From Pseudomonadota bacterium (GTDB taxonomy: Bacteria; Pseudomonadota; Alphaproteobacteria; CACIAM-22H2), in assembly GCA_041178225.1 (NCBI GenBank), contig JBEGVV010000258.1:1514-65513 (forward strand): a DNA stretch of 64,000 bases, in the 5' to 3' direction. Positions 39,840 to 49,183 of the stretch are shown here, in pieces (positions within the stretch are counted from its first letter, which is position 1; every line of letters begins with the position of its first letter). The notes under the pieces are model-generated. The model was not told the DNA's origin and searched no databases. It was given only the letters and a program-made list of their open reading frames with translations. Made by a program: the position numbers and the translations under genes.

Positions 39840-40799
39840 TCAGCCCCGCCGCGCGGCGGAGAGCGCGGTGGCGAGGCGCGCGGCCAGGGCCGCGTTGCCG
39901 CGGATGATCGCCCGGTTGACCGCCAGGCTCCGCCCGCCCGTCGCCGCGACCACGCGCGCGAGGAGGAAGGGCGTGACGTCCTTGGCCGCGACCCGCGCGG
40001 CCGCCGCCTCGGCGAGCGCCGCCTCGATCGGGCCGGCGATCTCGCCGGCCGGGATCTCCTCGCCCGCCGGCAAGGGGTTCGCGACCAGCATGCCGCCGGA
40101 AAGGCCAAGCGCCTCGCGGGCGAGGACGAACCGGGCGACGTCCTCGGGGTCATCGAGGCGCAGCGGCGCGCGCAGCCCGCTCGACCGGCTCCAGAAGGCC
40201 GGGAAATCGTCCGTGCCGAAGCCGACCACCGGGACACCCCTGGTCTCCAGCGCCTCGAGCGTCTTGGGCAGGTCGAGGATCGCCTTGGCGCCGGCCGAAA
40301 CGACCAGGACGGGGCTGCGCGCGAGTTCGTCGAGGTCGGCCGAGACGTCGAAGCTCGACTCGGCGCCGCGATGCACGCCGCCGATGCCGCCGGTCGCGAA
40401 GACGCCGATGCCGGCGAGCGCCGCGCAGATCATGGTCGCCGCGACGGTGGTCGCGCCCGGCCTGCCGGTGGACACGGCAAAGGCGAGGTCGGCGCGGCTG
40501 AGCTTCATCACGCCGCGCGCCGTGGCGAGCCGCTCGAGCGTGGCGCCGTCGAGGCCGACGCGGATCCTTCCGTCGAGGACCGCGATGGTGGCCGGCACGG
40601 CACCGGCCGCGCGCACGATCGCCTCGACCTCGCGCGCCGTGGCGAGGTTCTCGGGATGCGGCATGCCATGGGTGACGATCGTGGATTCGAGCGCGACCAC
40701 GGGCGCGCCCGCCGCCAGCGCCGCCGCCACCTCGGGCTCGACCTGCACGAGGCCCCTCGCCCGCGCGTCCGGCGCGAGGCCGAGCGCGGGCGCGCTCAC
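39840..40799 (-). CDS. psuG: Pseudouridine-5'-phosphate glycosidase
   Basis: 319 aa. VVALESTIVTHGMPHPEN, GGIGGVHRG and VVSAGAKAILDLPKTLE are conserved PsuG motifs. Confidence 0.9.
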   Translation of the reverse strand: MSAPALGLAPDARARGLVQVEPEVAAALAAGAPVVALESTIVTHGMPHPENLATAREVEAIVRAAGAVPATIAVLDGRIRVGLDGATLERLATARGVMKLSRADLAFAVSTGRPGATTVAATMICAALAGIGVFATGGIGGVHRGAESSFDVSADLDELARSPVLVVSAGAKAILDLPKTLEALETRGVPVVGFGTDDFPAFWSRSSGLRAPLRLDDPEDVARFVLAREALGLSGGMLVANPLPAGEEIPAGEIAGPIEAALAEAAAARVAAKDVTPFLLARVVAATGGRSLAVNRAIIRGNAALAARLATALSAARRG

Positions 40800-41947
40800 G
40801 CGAGGCCGAGCTCGGCCAGGATGCGCGCGCGGTCGGCGTCGAGCGCGGGCGCGGGCCGGCGCGTCGATGGATCCTCGACGCCGGAGATCTTCACCGGGTT
40901 GCCCGCCATGCGCAGCTCGCCGACATCCGGGTCGTCGACCGAGACGACCATGTTGCGCGCGCGGACCTGCGGGTCGGCGAGCGCCTGCGCGACGTCGTTG
41001 ATCGGCCCGCAGGGCACGCCCGCGGCGTCGATGGCCTCGAGCCAGTGCGCCGTGCCATGCGCCGCCAGCGCCTGCTCGATCTCGGCCTTGAGCGCGGCGG
41101 CGTGGCGCGTGCGCAGCTCGTTGCTCGCGAAGAGCGGGTTGGCGGCAAGGTCGGGCCGTCCGAGCGCGTCGGCGAGGCGCCGGAACAGCCCGTCATTGCC
41201 CGCAGCGACGATCATCCAGCCATCCGATGTGCGGAAGGCCTCGAAGGGCGTGATCGAGGGATGGCGCGCGCCCAGCGGGCCAGGCACCTGCCCGGTCGAG
41301 AAGTAGCGCGCGATGGCGTTCTCCAGGATCGCGACCTGGCAGTCGAGCATCGCGACGTCGACCTTGCGGCCAAGCCCGGTGCGGGCGCGCTCGACCAGCG
41401 CCGCGTTGATCCCGATGGCGGTGAACAGGCCGGCCGTGATGTCGCCGACCGAGGTGCCCACGCGCGTCGGCGGGCTGCCTGGATGGCCGGTGAGGCTCAT
41501 GATGCCGCCCATGCCCTGGACGACCATGTCGTAGGCGGCGCGCGTGCGGTAGGGGCCGGAATGGCCGAAGCCCGAGGCCGCGGCGTAGACCAGCCGCGGG
41601 AAGCGCGGGTGCAGCGCCTCCCAGCCATAGCCGAGCTTCTCCATCGTGCCGCCGCGGTAGTTCTCCACGAGGACGTCGCCGATCGAGAGCAGGCGCTCGA
41701 AGATCGCGCGGTCGCCCGGCGCCTTGAGGTCGAGCGCGATCGATTCCTTGCCGCGGTTGATCGACATGAAATAGGCGGACTTGCCCTTCATGAACGGGCC
41801 GATGTGGCGGGAATCGTCCCCGGTGCCAGGCGGCTCGATCTTGATCACGCGCGCGCCGAGGTCGGACAGCACCATCGTGCAGTAGGGACCGGCGAGGACG
41901 CGCGTCAGGTCGAGCACGATAGTGCCCGCGAGCGGGCCGGCGCTCAT
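40796..41947 (-). CDS. CoA-transferase family III (CaiB/BaiF) protein
   Basis: Start MSAGPLAGTIVLDLTRVLAGPYCTMVLSDLGARVIKIE is the family N-terminus. The catalytic Asp region GDITAG is present. Confidence 0.85.
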   Translation of the reverse strand: MSAGPLAGTIVLDLTRVLAGPYCTMVLSDLGARVIKIEPPGTGDDSRHIGPFMKGKSAYFMSINRGKESIALDLKAPGDRAIFERLLSIGDVLVENYRGGTMEKLGYGWEALHPRFPRLVYAAASGFGHSGPYRTRAAYDMVVQGMGGIMSLTGHPGSPPTRVGTSVGDITAGLFTAIGINAALVERARTGLGRKVDVAMLDCQVAILENAIARYFSTGQVPGPLGARHPSITPFEAFRTSDGWMIVAAGNDGLFRRLADALGRPDLAANPLFASNELRTRHAAALKAEIEQALAAHGTAHWLEAIDAAGVPCGPINDVAQALADPQVRARNMVVSVDDPDVGELRMAGNPVKISGVEDPSTRRPAPALDADRARILAELGLA

Positions 41948-41972
41948 GTCCCGTCGCCCCGCGACAGCGTGG

Positions 41973-43349
41973 TCAGCGCGCCGACCGCGTGGGCCGCGGG
42001 TCGTCAGGGACCTTTGCGCCGCGCCCTTCGTCGGCCTCGGGCGGCATCTCGATCTGCAGCACGTTGACCAGTTCGCCCATCGCGGCAAGCAGGCGGTAGG
42101 CGGAGAAGACGCGGCTGCTCTCGGCGCTGACCAGGCGCCCCTGGGACACGAACAGCTCGTTCTCCGCGTTCAGCACGTCGATCAGGCTGCGCTGTCCCTG
42201 GTTGAAGAACTGGTCGGTGTAGGCGTCGCGCACGCGGCGGTTCTTCTCCACCGCGCCGGTCAGCGGCGGGATGCGCTCGCTCGCGGTCTGGTACTGGACC
42301 CAGGAGCGACGCGCCTCCTCCTCGGTGGTGCGCGCCGTCGCGTGGCGCTGCGCCATCGCCTGGGACATGCGGCCGAGCGCGACGCGGCGCTGGGCCTGGT
42401 CGGACCCGCCGCGATAGAGGTTCCAGCGCATGACCACGAGCGCCGAGGCGTCGTTGCTGTCGCCGCGCGTGCCGTCGATGTTGCGGTCGCGCGTCGCGCC
42501 GAGCTCGAGGTTGAGCTTCGGGTAGGCCGCGGCATCCGCGACGCCGATCTCGTTCTCGGCGACGGAGATGTCCGCCTCGGTGATCCTGAGCGCGCGGTTG
42601 CCGCTGCGGCTGCGCTCGATGGCGGCGTCGAGCGTGCTGACGTCGCGCATCGCGGCCTGCGGGAACTCCGCGGCCGCGAGCTGGCCGGCGCGCTTGTTCA
42701 CGACGATGAAGTAGCGGTTCTCGGCATCCTCGAGGGCGCCCTGCGTCTCCACCAGCGTGGCCTGCGCGTTGTCGAGTCGCGCGCGGGCCTGCTCCTGGTC
42801 GGCGGCAGGGGCCGCGCCACGGCCCACGCGCTGCGAGATGCGGCCGACGATCTGCCTGTGGATCTCGAGGTTCTGCTCGGCGAGGCGCACGAGGCGGCGC
42901 TGCCTGAGGACGTCGATATGCGCCTCGACCGCGTCGAGGGCCACGACCTCCGACGTCTCGCCGACGCGGCGCGCCGCGGATTGCCCGCGCGCCTTCTGCC
43001 GCTCGACCTCGCTGTCGGTCTCCCATCCATCGAACAGGCGCTGCGTCACGAAGACGCCGGTCTCGCGACGCGGCAGCGTGGCCGAGCCGCCGCGCGCGCG
43101 CGTGGTGCCGTTGTCCGACCACTCGGGCCCGCCGCCCGCGCGCAGGTCGAGCTGGGGCAGGTACTGGCCGCGGGCACGCGCCAGTTCCTGCTCCACCGCC
43201 TGCCTGTTGAACGCCACGACATCCACGCGCGGGTTGCTGCGCACGGCTTCCTGGGCGCTCTCCCTGAGCGACTGCCCGGCCGCGCCGCCTGCGGTGGCGA
43301 AAATGAGCGCCAGGGCGAGGGGAAACCGGATCTTCGCTTGCTGGAACAC
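41973..43349 (-). CDS. TolC-family outer-membrane efflux protein (type I secretion type)
   Basis: Signal peptide MFQQAKIRFPLALALIFATAGGAAGQ. There are two repeated halves, and LESAQ / NPRVDVVAFNRQA are TolC-like. Confidence 0.8.
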   Translation of the reverse strand: MFQQAKIRFPLALALIFATAGGAAGQSLRESAQEAVRSNPRVDVVAFNRQAVEQELARARGQYLPQLDLRAGGGPEWSDNGTTRARGGSATLPRRETGVFVTQRLFDGWETDSEVERQKARGQSAARRVGETSEVVALDAVEAHIDVLRQRRLVRLAEQNLEIHRQIVGRISQRVGRGAAPAADQEQARARLDNAQATLVETQGALEDAENRYFIVVNKRAGQLAAAEFPQAAMRDVSTLDAAIERSRSGNRALRITEADISVAENEIGVADAAAYPKLNLELGATRDRNIDGTRGDSNDASALVVMRWNLYRGGSDQAQRRVALGRMSQAMAQRHATARTTEEEARRSWVQYQTASERIPPLTGAVEKNRRVRDAYTDQFFNQGQRSLIDVLNAENELFVSQGRLVSAESSRVFSAYRLLAAMGELVNVLQIEMPPEADEGRGAKVPDDPRPTRSAR

Positions 43350-43389
43350 GGGACGACCTCGATTTGCGACTAGCGTCGCGAAGCATTGG

Positions 43390-43490
43390 ACGAATTCCGC
43401 CGGGAACTCAACGCTTCGTTGGATATTTACGAATATTTTGGGCCGCCGCCGTTAACCAAACGGACAGGTCGCCGGTATAGCCTCTGGGGC
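43390..43490. promoter_or_regulatory. Divergent promoter region between tolC-like and the T1SS ABC gene, with an AT-rich -10-like box
   Basis: ttggatatttacgaatattttggg. Confidence 0.3.
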
Positions 43491-45758
43491 ATGAGCGACC
43501 CTGCGGCCATCGAGACGCCCCCCTCCCAGCACGCGCCAGCGCGCGCGCGGCAGGCGACCGATGCACCACCGCCCGCGCCGCACGCCGCGCCCGCGGCCGG
43601 CATCGGCGGCCACGAGGCCGACGACCCGCTCCTCGCCTGCCTCGCGCTCATGACCGCGCTGCTGGGCAGGCCGACCAGCCTCGAGACGCTGCGCTCCGGG
43701 CTTCCCCTCCACGCCGACAAGGCGCCGCCCGCGCTCTTCGTGCGGGCAGCCGAACGTGCTGGGTTCGCCGCGCGCGCGACGCGCAGGAAGCACGTCGTCG
43801 ACATACCGCAGGTCAACATGCCCTGCGTCCTCGCGCTCAAGGACGGCTCGGCCTGCGTGCTGCTCTCGATCCGCCGCGGCGACGCGGAGATCATGGTCCC
43901 CGAGACCGGCGGCCGGCAGCACGTCGGCGTCGCGACGCTGCAGGAACTCTTCTCCGGGCAAACGCTCTTCGTGCGGCTGCCGCACGAGCCCGACGCGCGG
44001 TCGGGGCACCTGCCCGTGCGCCGGCAGGATCGCTGGTTCTGGAGCGCGATCGCGGATCTCTGGCCGGTCTACGGCCACGTCTTCGTCGCCGCGGTCGCGA
44101 TCAACCTGCTCGGCCTCGCCGCGTCGATCTACTCCATGAACGTCTACGACCGCGTCGTCCCGAACAACGCGATGGAGACGCTCTGGGTGCTGACCATCGG
44201 CGTCGTCGTGGTCTACGTCTTCGACTTCCTGCTGCGCACCGCGCGGGCCTATTTCGTCGACGCGGCCGGCAAGGGCGCGGACGCCGTCATCGCCTCGCGC
44301 CTCGTCGAGCAGGTGCTGTCGATGCGCCTGGAGGCTCGCCCGGCCTCGACCGGCGCCCTCGCCAGCAACCTCCGCGAATACGAGTCGCTGCGCGAGTTCT
44401 TCACCTCGGCGACGCTGGTCACGCTCGTCGACCTCCCCTTCGTCGCCATCTTCGTCGCCGTGGCCTGGGCGATCGCCGGCCCGGTCGCCTACGTGCCGCT
44501 CGTCGCGCTGCCGGTCGTACTCGTCGTCGGGCTGCTGCTGCAGGTGCCGCTCTCCGCCGCGGTCTCGCGCAACCAGGCCGAATCCGCGCAGAAGCACGCG
44601 ATCCTCGTCGAGGCGATCGAGGGGCTGGAGAGCCTGAAGGTCGCGCGCGCCGAGGGCCGGACGCAGAAGCTGTGGGAGCGCTTCGTCGCCGCCTCCGCGC
44701 GCTCGGCGATGGCGACGCGCGTGCTCTCCACCTTCGCGATCAACTTCACCGCCTTCGCGACCTCGCTCGCCAGCGCGCTCGTCATCTTCCTCGGCGTGCA
44801 CGAGATCGCCGCCGGCCGGATGACGATGGGCGCGCTCATCGCGGTGTCGATCCTCACGGGCCGCGCCATGGCGCCGCTCGGCCAGGTCGCGGCCCTGATC
44901 GTGCGCGTCAACCAGTCCATGGCGGCGCTCTCCGCGCTCGACCGCCTGATGAAGGCGCCGCGCGAGCGCGACCCGAGCGAGAGCTACGTCGCGCGGCCCT
45001 CGCTGCGCGGGCAGATCGAGCTGCGCGACGTCAGCTTCGCCTACCCGCAGTCCGGCGCGCCCGGCGGCGGCAGCGCCGTGGCGGCGATCAGCGGCGTGTC
45101 GATCTTCGTCGCGCCGGGCGAGCGCGTGGGAATCGTCGGGCGCGTCGGGTCCGGCAAGAGCACCCTCGCCCGCCTGATCACCGGCCTCTACCAGCCGACG
45201 CAGGGATCCGTGCTTGTCGACGGGACCGACATCCGGCAGGTCGATCCCGCAGAGCTGCGACGACAGGTCGGCTACGTGCCGCAGGACGCGCACCTCGTCT
45301 TCGGCTCGGTGAAGGAGAACATCCTCATCGGCTCCCCCTTCGCCGACGACGCGGCGCTGCTGCGCGCCGCGACGATCGCCGGCGTCGACGACTTCGTGCG
45401 CTCGCGCCCCCAGGGCTACGACATGCCGGTAGGCGAGCAGGGCCGCTACCTCTCGGGAGGCCAGCGCGCGGCCGTCACGATCGCGCGCGCCCTCGTCTCC
45501 AACCCGCCGATCCTGCTTCTGGACGAGCCCAGCGGCGCGATGGACTCGACCTCGGAGCAGCGCCTCAAGGCACGCCTGTCGGAGATCCTCGCCGGAAGGA
45601 CGCTGCTCCTCGTCACGCATCGCGGATCGATGCTGTCGATGGTCTAGCGGCTGGTGGTCATGGACCAGGGCCGCATCGTGGCAGACGGGCCGCGCGACCG
45701 GATCATCGCCGAGCTCCAGGCCGGCGCGATCCGCGGCAGCGCGAAGGGCATGCCATGA
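43491..45758 (+). pseudogene. Type I secretion ABC transporter (HlyB-like, with an N-terminal C39-like domain) interrupted by an in-frame TAG at 45645..45647. The intact ORF runs 43491..45647.
   Basis: Walker A GRVGSGKST, LSGGQRAAV, ILLLDEPSGAMD and the H-loop VTHR are present. After the TAG the same frame continues RLVVMDQGRIVADGP... to a TGA that overlaps the hlyD ATG. Confidence 0.6.
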
Positions 45759-47083
45759 CGGCCCGGCGCAGGATCGTCGAGGCGGACTTCGCGCCCGAGG
45801 GCGCGCTCGCGGCCCAGTCGGGCATCCGCCGCCTCGGCTGGATCGTCTCCTTCCTCGTCGTGTCCTTCCTCGGCGGCTTCATCTACTGGGCCTCGGTGGC
45901 GGCGCTCGACGAGGTGACGCGCGGCGATGGACGCGTCATCCCCTCGCAGCGCGTGCAGGTCATCCAGAACCTCGAGGGCGGCATCGTCTCGGAGATCCTC
46001 GTGCGCGAGGGCCAGATCGTCGAGCGCGACAGCGTGCTCGTGCGCATCGCGAACACCGCGGCGGAGGCCGACCTGCAGGGCAACCGCGCGCAGTCCCATG
46101 CGCTGCGCGGCGCCATCGCGCGGCTGGAGGCCGAGCTCCAGGGCGCTGGCGCGCTAGAGTTCCCCGCCTCGCTCGTCGCCGACGCGCCCGACATCGTCGC
46201 CGCGGAGCGCAGGCTGGCCGAGGCGCGGCGCGACCAGCTCGAGGCGCAGGTGGCGGTCATGCGCGAGCAGGGCGACCAGCGGCGCAGCGAGATCGTCGAG
46301 CTCGAGGCCCGCATCGTCGCGCTCGAGCGTTCCCGCGCCCTCGCCCAGCAGGAGCTCGGCATCGTCGAGCCGCTGATACGCTCGGGCTCCGGCTCGCGCA
46401 TCGAGCTCGTGCGAATCCAGCAGCGCGTCAACGACATCCAGACGCAGATCACCGCCGCCGAGCTTGCCCTCCCGCGGGCGCGCAACGCGCATGCCGAGGT
46501 CCTCCGGCGCATCGACGAGCGGCGCGCGACCTTCCGCTCGGAGGCCAGCACCGACCTCAACCAGCGCCGCGCGCAGCTTGCGGCGCTGACCGAGAAGCTG
46601 CAGGCCGACCGCGACCGCGTCACGCGCACCGAGGTGCGCTCGCCCGTGCGCGGGACGATCAAGGACATGAAGGTCTCCACGGTCGGCGGCGTCATCCGCC
46701 CCGGCCAGGACATCCTCGAGATCGTGCCGCTCGAGGACACGCTGCTCGTCGAGGCGCAGCTGCGCCCCGCCGACATCGCCTTCGTGCGGCCCGGGCAGCC
46801 CGCGGTCGTGAAGGTGACGGCCTACGACTTCTCGATCTTCGGGGGGCTGGAGGCCGAGCTCGAGCAGATCAGCGCCGACACGATCCAGGACGAGCGGGGC
46901 GAGCGCTGGTTCCGCGTCAGGCTGCGCACGCAGAAGGCACATCTCGGGACGGAGGAGAAGCCCCTCCCGATCATCCCCGGCATGACCGCGGGGGTGGAGA
47001 TCCTCACCGGCCGCAAGACGGTCCTCGACTACCTCATGAAGCCCATCCTTCGGGCGAGGGATCGCGCGCTGCGCGAACGCTGA
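45755..47083 (+). CDS. HlyD-family type I secretion periplasmic adaptor
   Basis: An N-terminal TM helix, long coiled-coil segments and a C-terminal VEAQLRPADIAFVRPGQPAVVKVTAYDF...IPGMTAGVEI. Confidence 0.9.
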   Translation: MTARRRIVEADFAPEGALAAQSGIRRLGWIVSFLVVSFLGGFIYWASVAALDEVTRGDGRVIPSQRVQVIQNLEGGIVSEILVREGQIVERDSVLVRIANTAAEADLQGNRAQSHALRGAIARLEAELQGAGALEFPASLVADAPDIVAAERRLAEARRDQLEAQVAVMREQGDQRRSEIVELEARIVALERSRALAQQELGIVEPLIRSGSGSRIELVRIQQRVNDIQTQITAAELALPRARNAHAEVLRRIDERRATFRSEASTDLNQRRAQLAALTEKLQADRDRVTRTEVRSPVRGTIKDMKVSTVGGVIRPGQDILEIVPLEDTLLVEAQLRPADIAFVRPGQPAVVKVTAYDFSIFGGLEAELEQISADTIQDERGERWFRVRLRTQKAHLGTEEKPLPIIPGMTAGVEILTGRKTVLDYLMKPILRARDRALRER

Positions 47084-47084
47084 G

Positions 47085-47438
47085 ATGCCCTACGTCGAAC
47101 GCGATTCCGTCGGGCGCATCGCCGCCCTGAGCGAGAAGCCGACCGGCCGCGCGCTCGAGTTCCTCGACGACGGCTCGCCGGAGCTGCGCCACTTCCTCTC
47201 GCGCACGAGGCCGCAGGCCGATCCGCGCCAGTCCCAGGAGGCGCTCGACTCGCTGCGCTCGAGCGACGCGGAGCTGGTGCGCGTGGTGGAGGACCTGATC
47301 GAGCTCCTGGTGCACAAGCGCACGATCGCGATCGAGGAACTGCCCGTGCCGGTGCGCCGCAAGATGGAGGCGCGCGCGCGTCTGCGCGAGCGCTATCGCG
47401 CGAACCCGCTGCTGCGCTTCGACGACGACACGATCTGA
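47085..47438 (+). CDS. Hypothetical acidic 117-aa protein coupled to hlyD
   Basis: It begins 1 nt after the hlyD stop. Composition is normal and I recognise no motif. Confidence 0.5.
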   Translation: MPYVERDSVGRIAALSEKPTGRALEFLDDGSPELRHFLSRTRPQADPRQSQEALDSLRSSDAELVRVVEDLIELLVHKRTIAIEELPVPVRRKMEARARLRERYRANPLLRFDDDTI

Positions 47439-47444
47439 GCGCGC

Positions 47445-49073
47445 TCAGCCGGCGCGCGCCCCGGCCTCGCCGCGCAGGAACGAGGCCGCCTGCTCCGCGA
47501 TCATGATCACCGTCGCGTGCGTGTTCGTGCTGGTGATCGACGGCATGATCGAGGCATCGACCACGCGCACGCCGCGCAGGCCGCGCACGCGCAGCGCCTC
47601 GTCGACCACGGCGTCCTCGCCGCGTCCCATCCGGCATGTCCCGACCGGGTGGTAGACGGTGTCGGCGTTGCGACGGATCCAGGCCTCGATCTCCGCCGCG
47701 GTGCGCACGTCCGGCCCGGGCGCGAGCTCGCGCCCGCGCCACGGGTCGAAGGCGGCCTGCGCGAAGACGTCGCGCAGCATCTCGATCGCGCGGCGCAGCA
47801 CCAGCATGTCCTTCCGGGCCGACAGGCAGTTCGGCCGGATCGCCGGCGCCGCGAAGGGATCCGCGCTCGCGAGCTTGATCTCGCCGCGGCTCTCGGGCCG
47901 CATCTGGTAGGCGTTGGCGAAGAAGGCGTGGCCGTCGTGCCGCTTCGGCGGCAGGCGCAGGCCCGGAAGGCGCAGCGTCGCCGTCGACAGCCCGGGCAGG
48001 AAGTGGCTCTGGATGTCGGGCGCGTCGAGCGCGGGATCGGAGCGCAGGTAGGCGCCGCTCTCGAGCGGGAAGCGCGTCATCGGGCCCTTGCGGAACAGCA
48101 GCGCCTGCAGGAAGGCGAGGCCCGCGCGGTCGATGCGCGTAAGCCCGTGCAGCGTCACGGGCTGCGTGCAGGCATGCTCCACGCGAACGAGGACGTGGTC
48201 CTGCAGGTTCATGCCGACGCCCGGCAGGTCCGCGACCACGTCGATCCCGAGCCGGCGCAGCTCGTCCGCCCTGCCGATCCCGGAGAGCATCAGCAGTTGC
48301 GGGGAATTGACCGTGCCACCGCAGAGCAGCACCTCGCCCTCGACGGCGAAGCGCCGGTTCGCGCCGCGCACGCTGGCCTCGACCGCCACGGCGCGGTCGC
48401 CGGCGAAGACGATGCGCGTCGCGTGGGCGCGGGTGACGACGTCGAGGTTCGGCCTGCCGCGCGCGGGATCGAGGAAGGCGCGCGCCGTGCTCCAGCGCTG
48501 TCCGCCGGAGATGTTGAAGTCGTAGCGGCCGAATCCCTCCGGCCGCGCGTTGAAGTCATGCGTCGCCGGATGGCCGGCCTGGCGCCCCGCCTCGACGAAG
48601 ACGTCCGAGAGCGGGCTGAAGGGCGGCGGCCGCGACGTGCGCAGCGGGCCCTCGCCGCCATGGTCCTCGCTGGCGCCGCCGTCATGGGCCTCCGAGCGCA
48701 GGAACAGGGGCTTCACCCTGTCCCACGACCAGGCAGGCAGGCCGGACTGGGCCCAGCTGTCGAAGTCCATCGGCAGGCCCCGCACGTAGACCATGCCGTT
48801 GATCGACGAGGAGCCGCCGATCACCTTGCCGCGCGGCCAGAACAGGCGCCGCCCCTCCATCCCGGGCACCGGCTCGGTCTCGTAGAACCAGTTCGCGTAG
48901 CGGTTGCGCAGCAGCGTGCCCGTCATCATCGGGATCCGGAAGACGGGGTTGCGGTCGCCGCCGCCGGCCTCGAGCACGAGGACGCGCACGGCCGGGTCCG
49001 CGCTCAGTCGCGCCGCGAGGACGCAACCCGCCGTTCCACCGCCCACGATCACGTAGTCGTAGCCCCTGTCCAT
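47445..49073 (-). CDS. GMC family oxidoreductase (choline-dehydrogenase-like)
   Basis: YDYVIVGGGTAGCVLAARLS (FAD site), GGSSSINGMVY and HPVGTCRMG. Confidence 0.9.
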   Translation of the reverse strand: MDRGYDYVIVGGGTAGCVLAARLSADPAVRVLVLEAGGGDRNPVFRIPMMTGTLLRNRYANWFYETEPVPGMEGRRLFWPRGKVIGGSSSINGMVYVRGLPMDFDSWAQSGLPAWSWDRVKPLFLRSEAHDGGASEDHGGEGPLRTSRPPPFSPLSDVFVEAGRQAGHPATHDFNARPEGFGRYDFNISGGQRWSTARAFLDPARGRPNLDVVTRAHATRIVFAGDRAVAVEASVRGANRRFAVEGEVLLCGGTVNSPQLLMLSGIGRADELRRLGIDVVADLPGVGMNLQDHVLVRVEHACTQPVTLHGLTRIDRAGLAFLQALLFRKGPMTRFPLESGAYLRSDPALDAPDIQSHFLPGLSTATLRLPGLRLPPKRHDGHAFFANAYQMRPESRGEIKLASADPFAAPAIRPNCLSARKDMLVLRRAIEMLRDVFAQAAFDPWRGRELAPGPDVRTAAEIEAWIRRNADTVYHPVGTCRMGRGEDAVVDEALRVRGLRGVRVVDASIMPSITSTNTHATVIMIAEQAASFLRGEAGARAG

Positions 49074-49183
49074 CGCCCATCCCCGCCATCGATCCCGGTG
49101 CTGTCCCGCGCCGCCGGAACCGCTATATCAGGAACGCCCGCGATGCCAACCCCGGCGGCGCCAGGCGACGAGGCCCCGACCGC

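Noticed and set aside
43491-43980. N-terminal domain of the T1SS ABC protein as an active C39 bacteriocin-processing peptidase (which would imply a GG-leader peptide substrate).
   Set aside because: By eye alignment, the catalytic Cys position of the ECG motif is occupied by Pro, and only the second, non-catalytic Cys is conserved. This is more consistent with a C39-like docking domain. I have kept it as an open question inside a finding rather than as a call.
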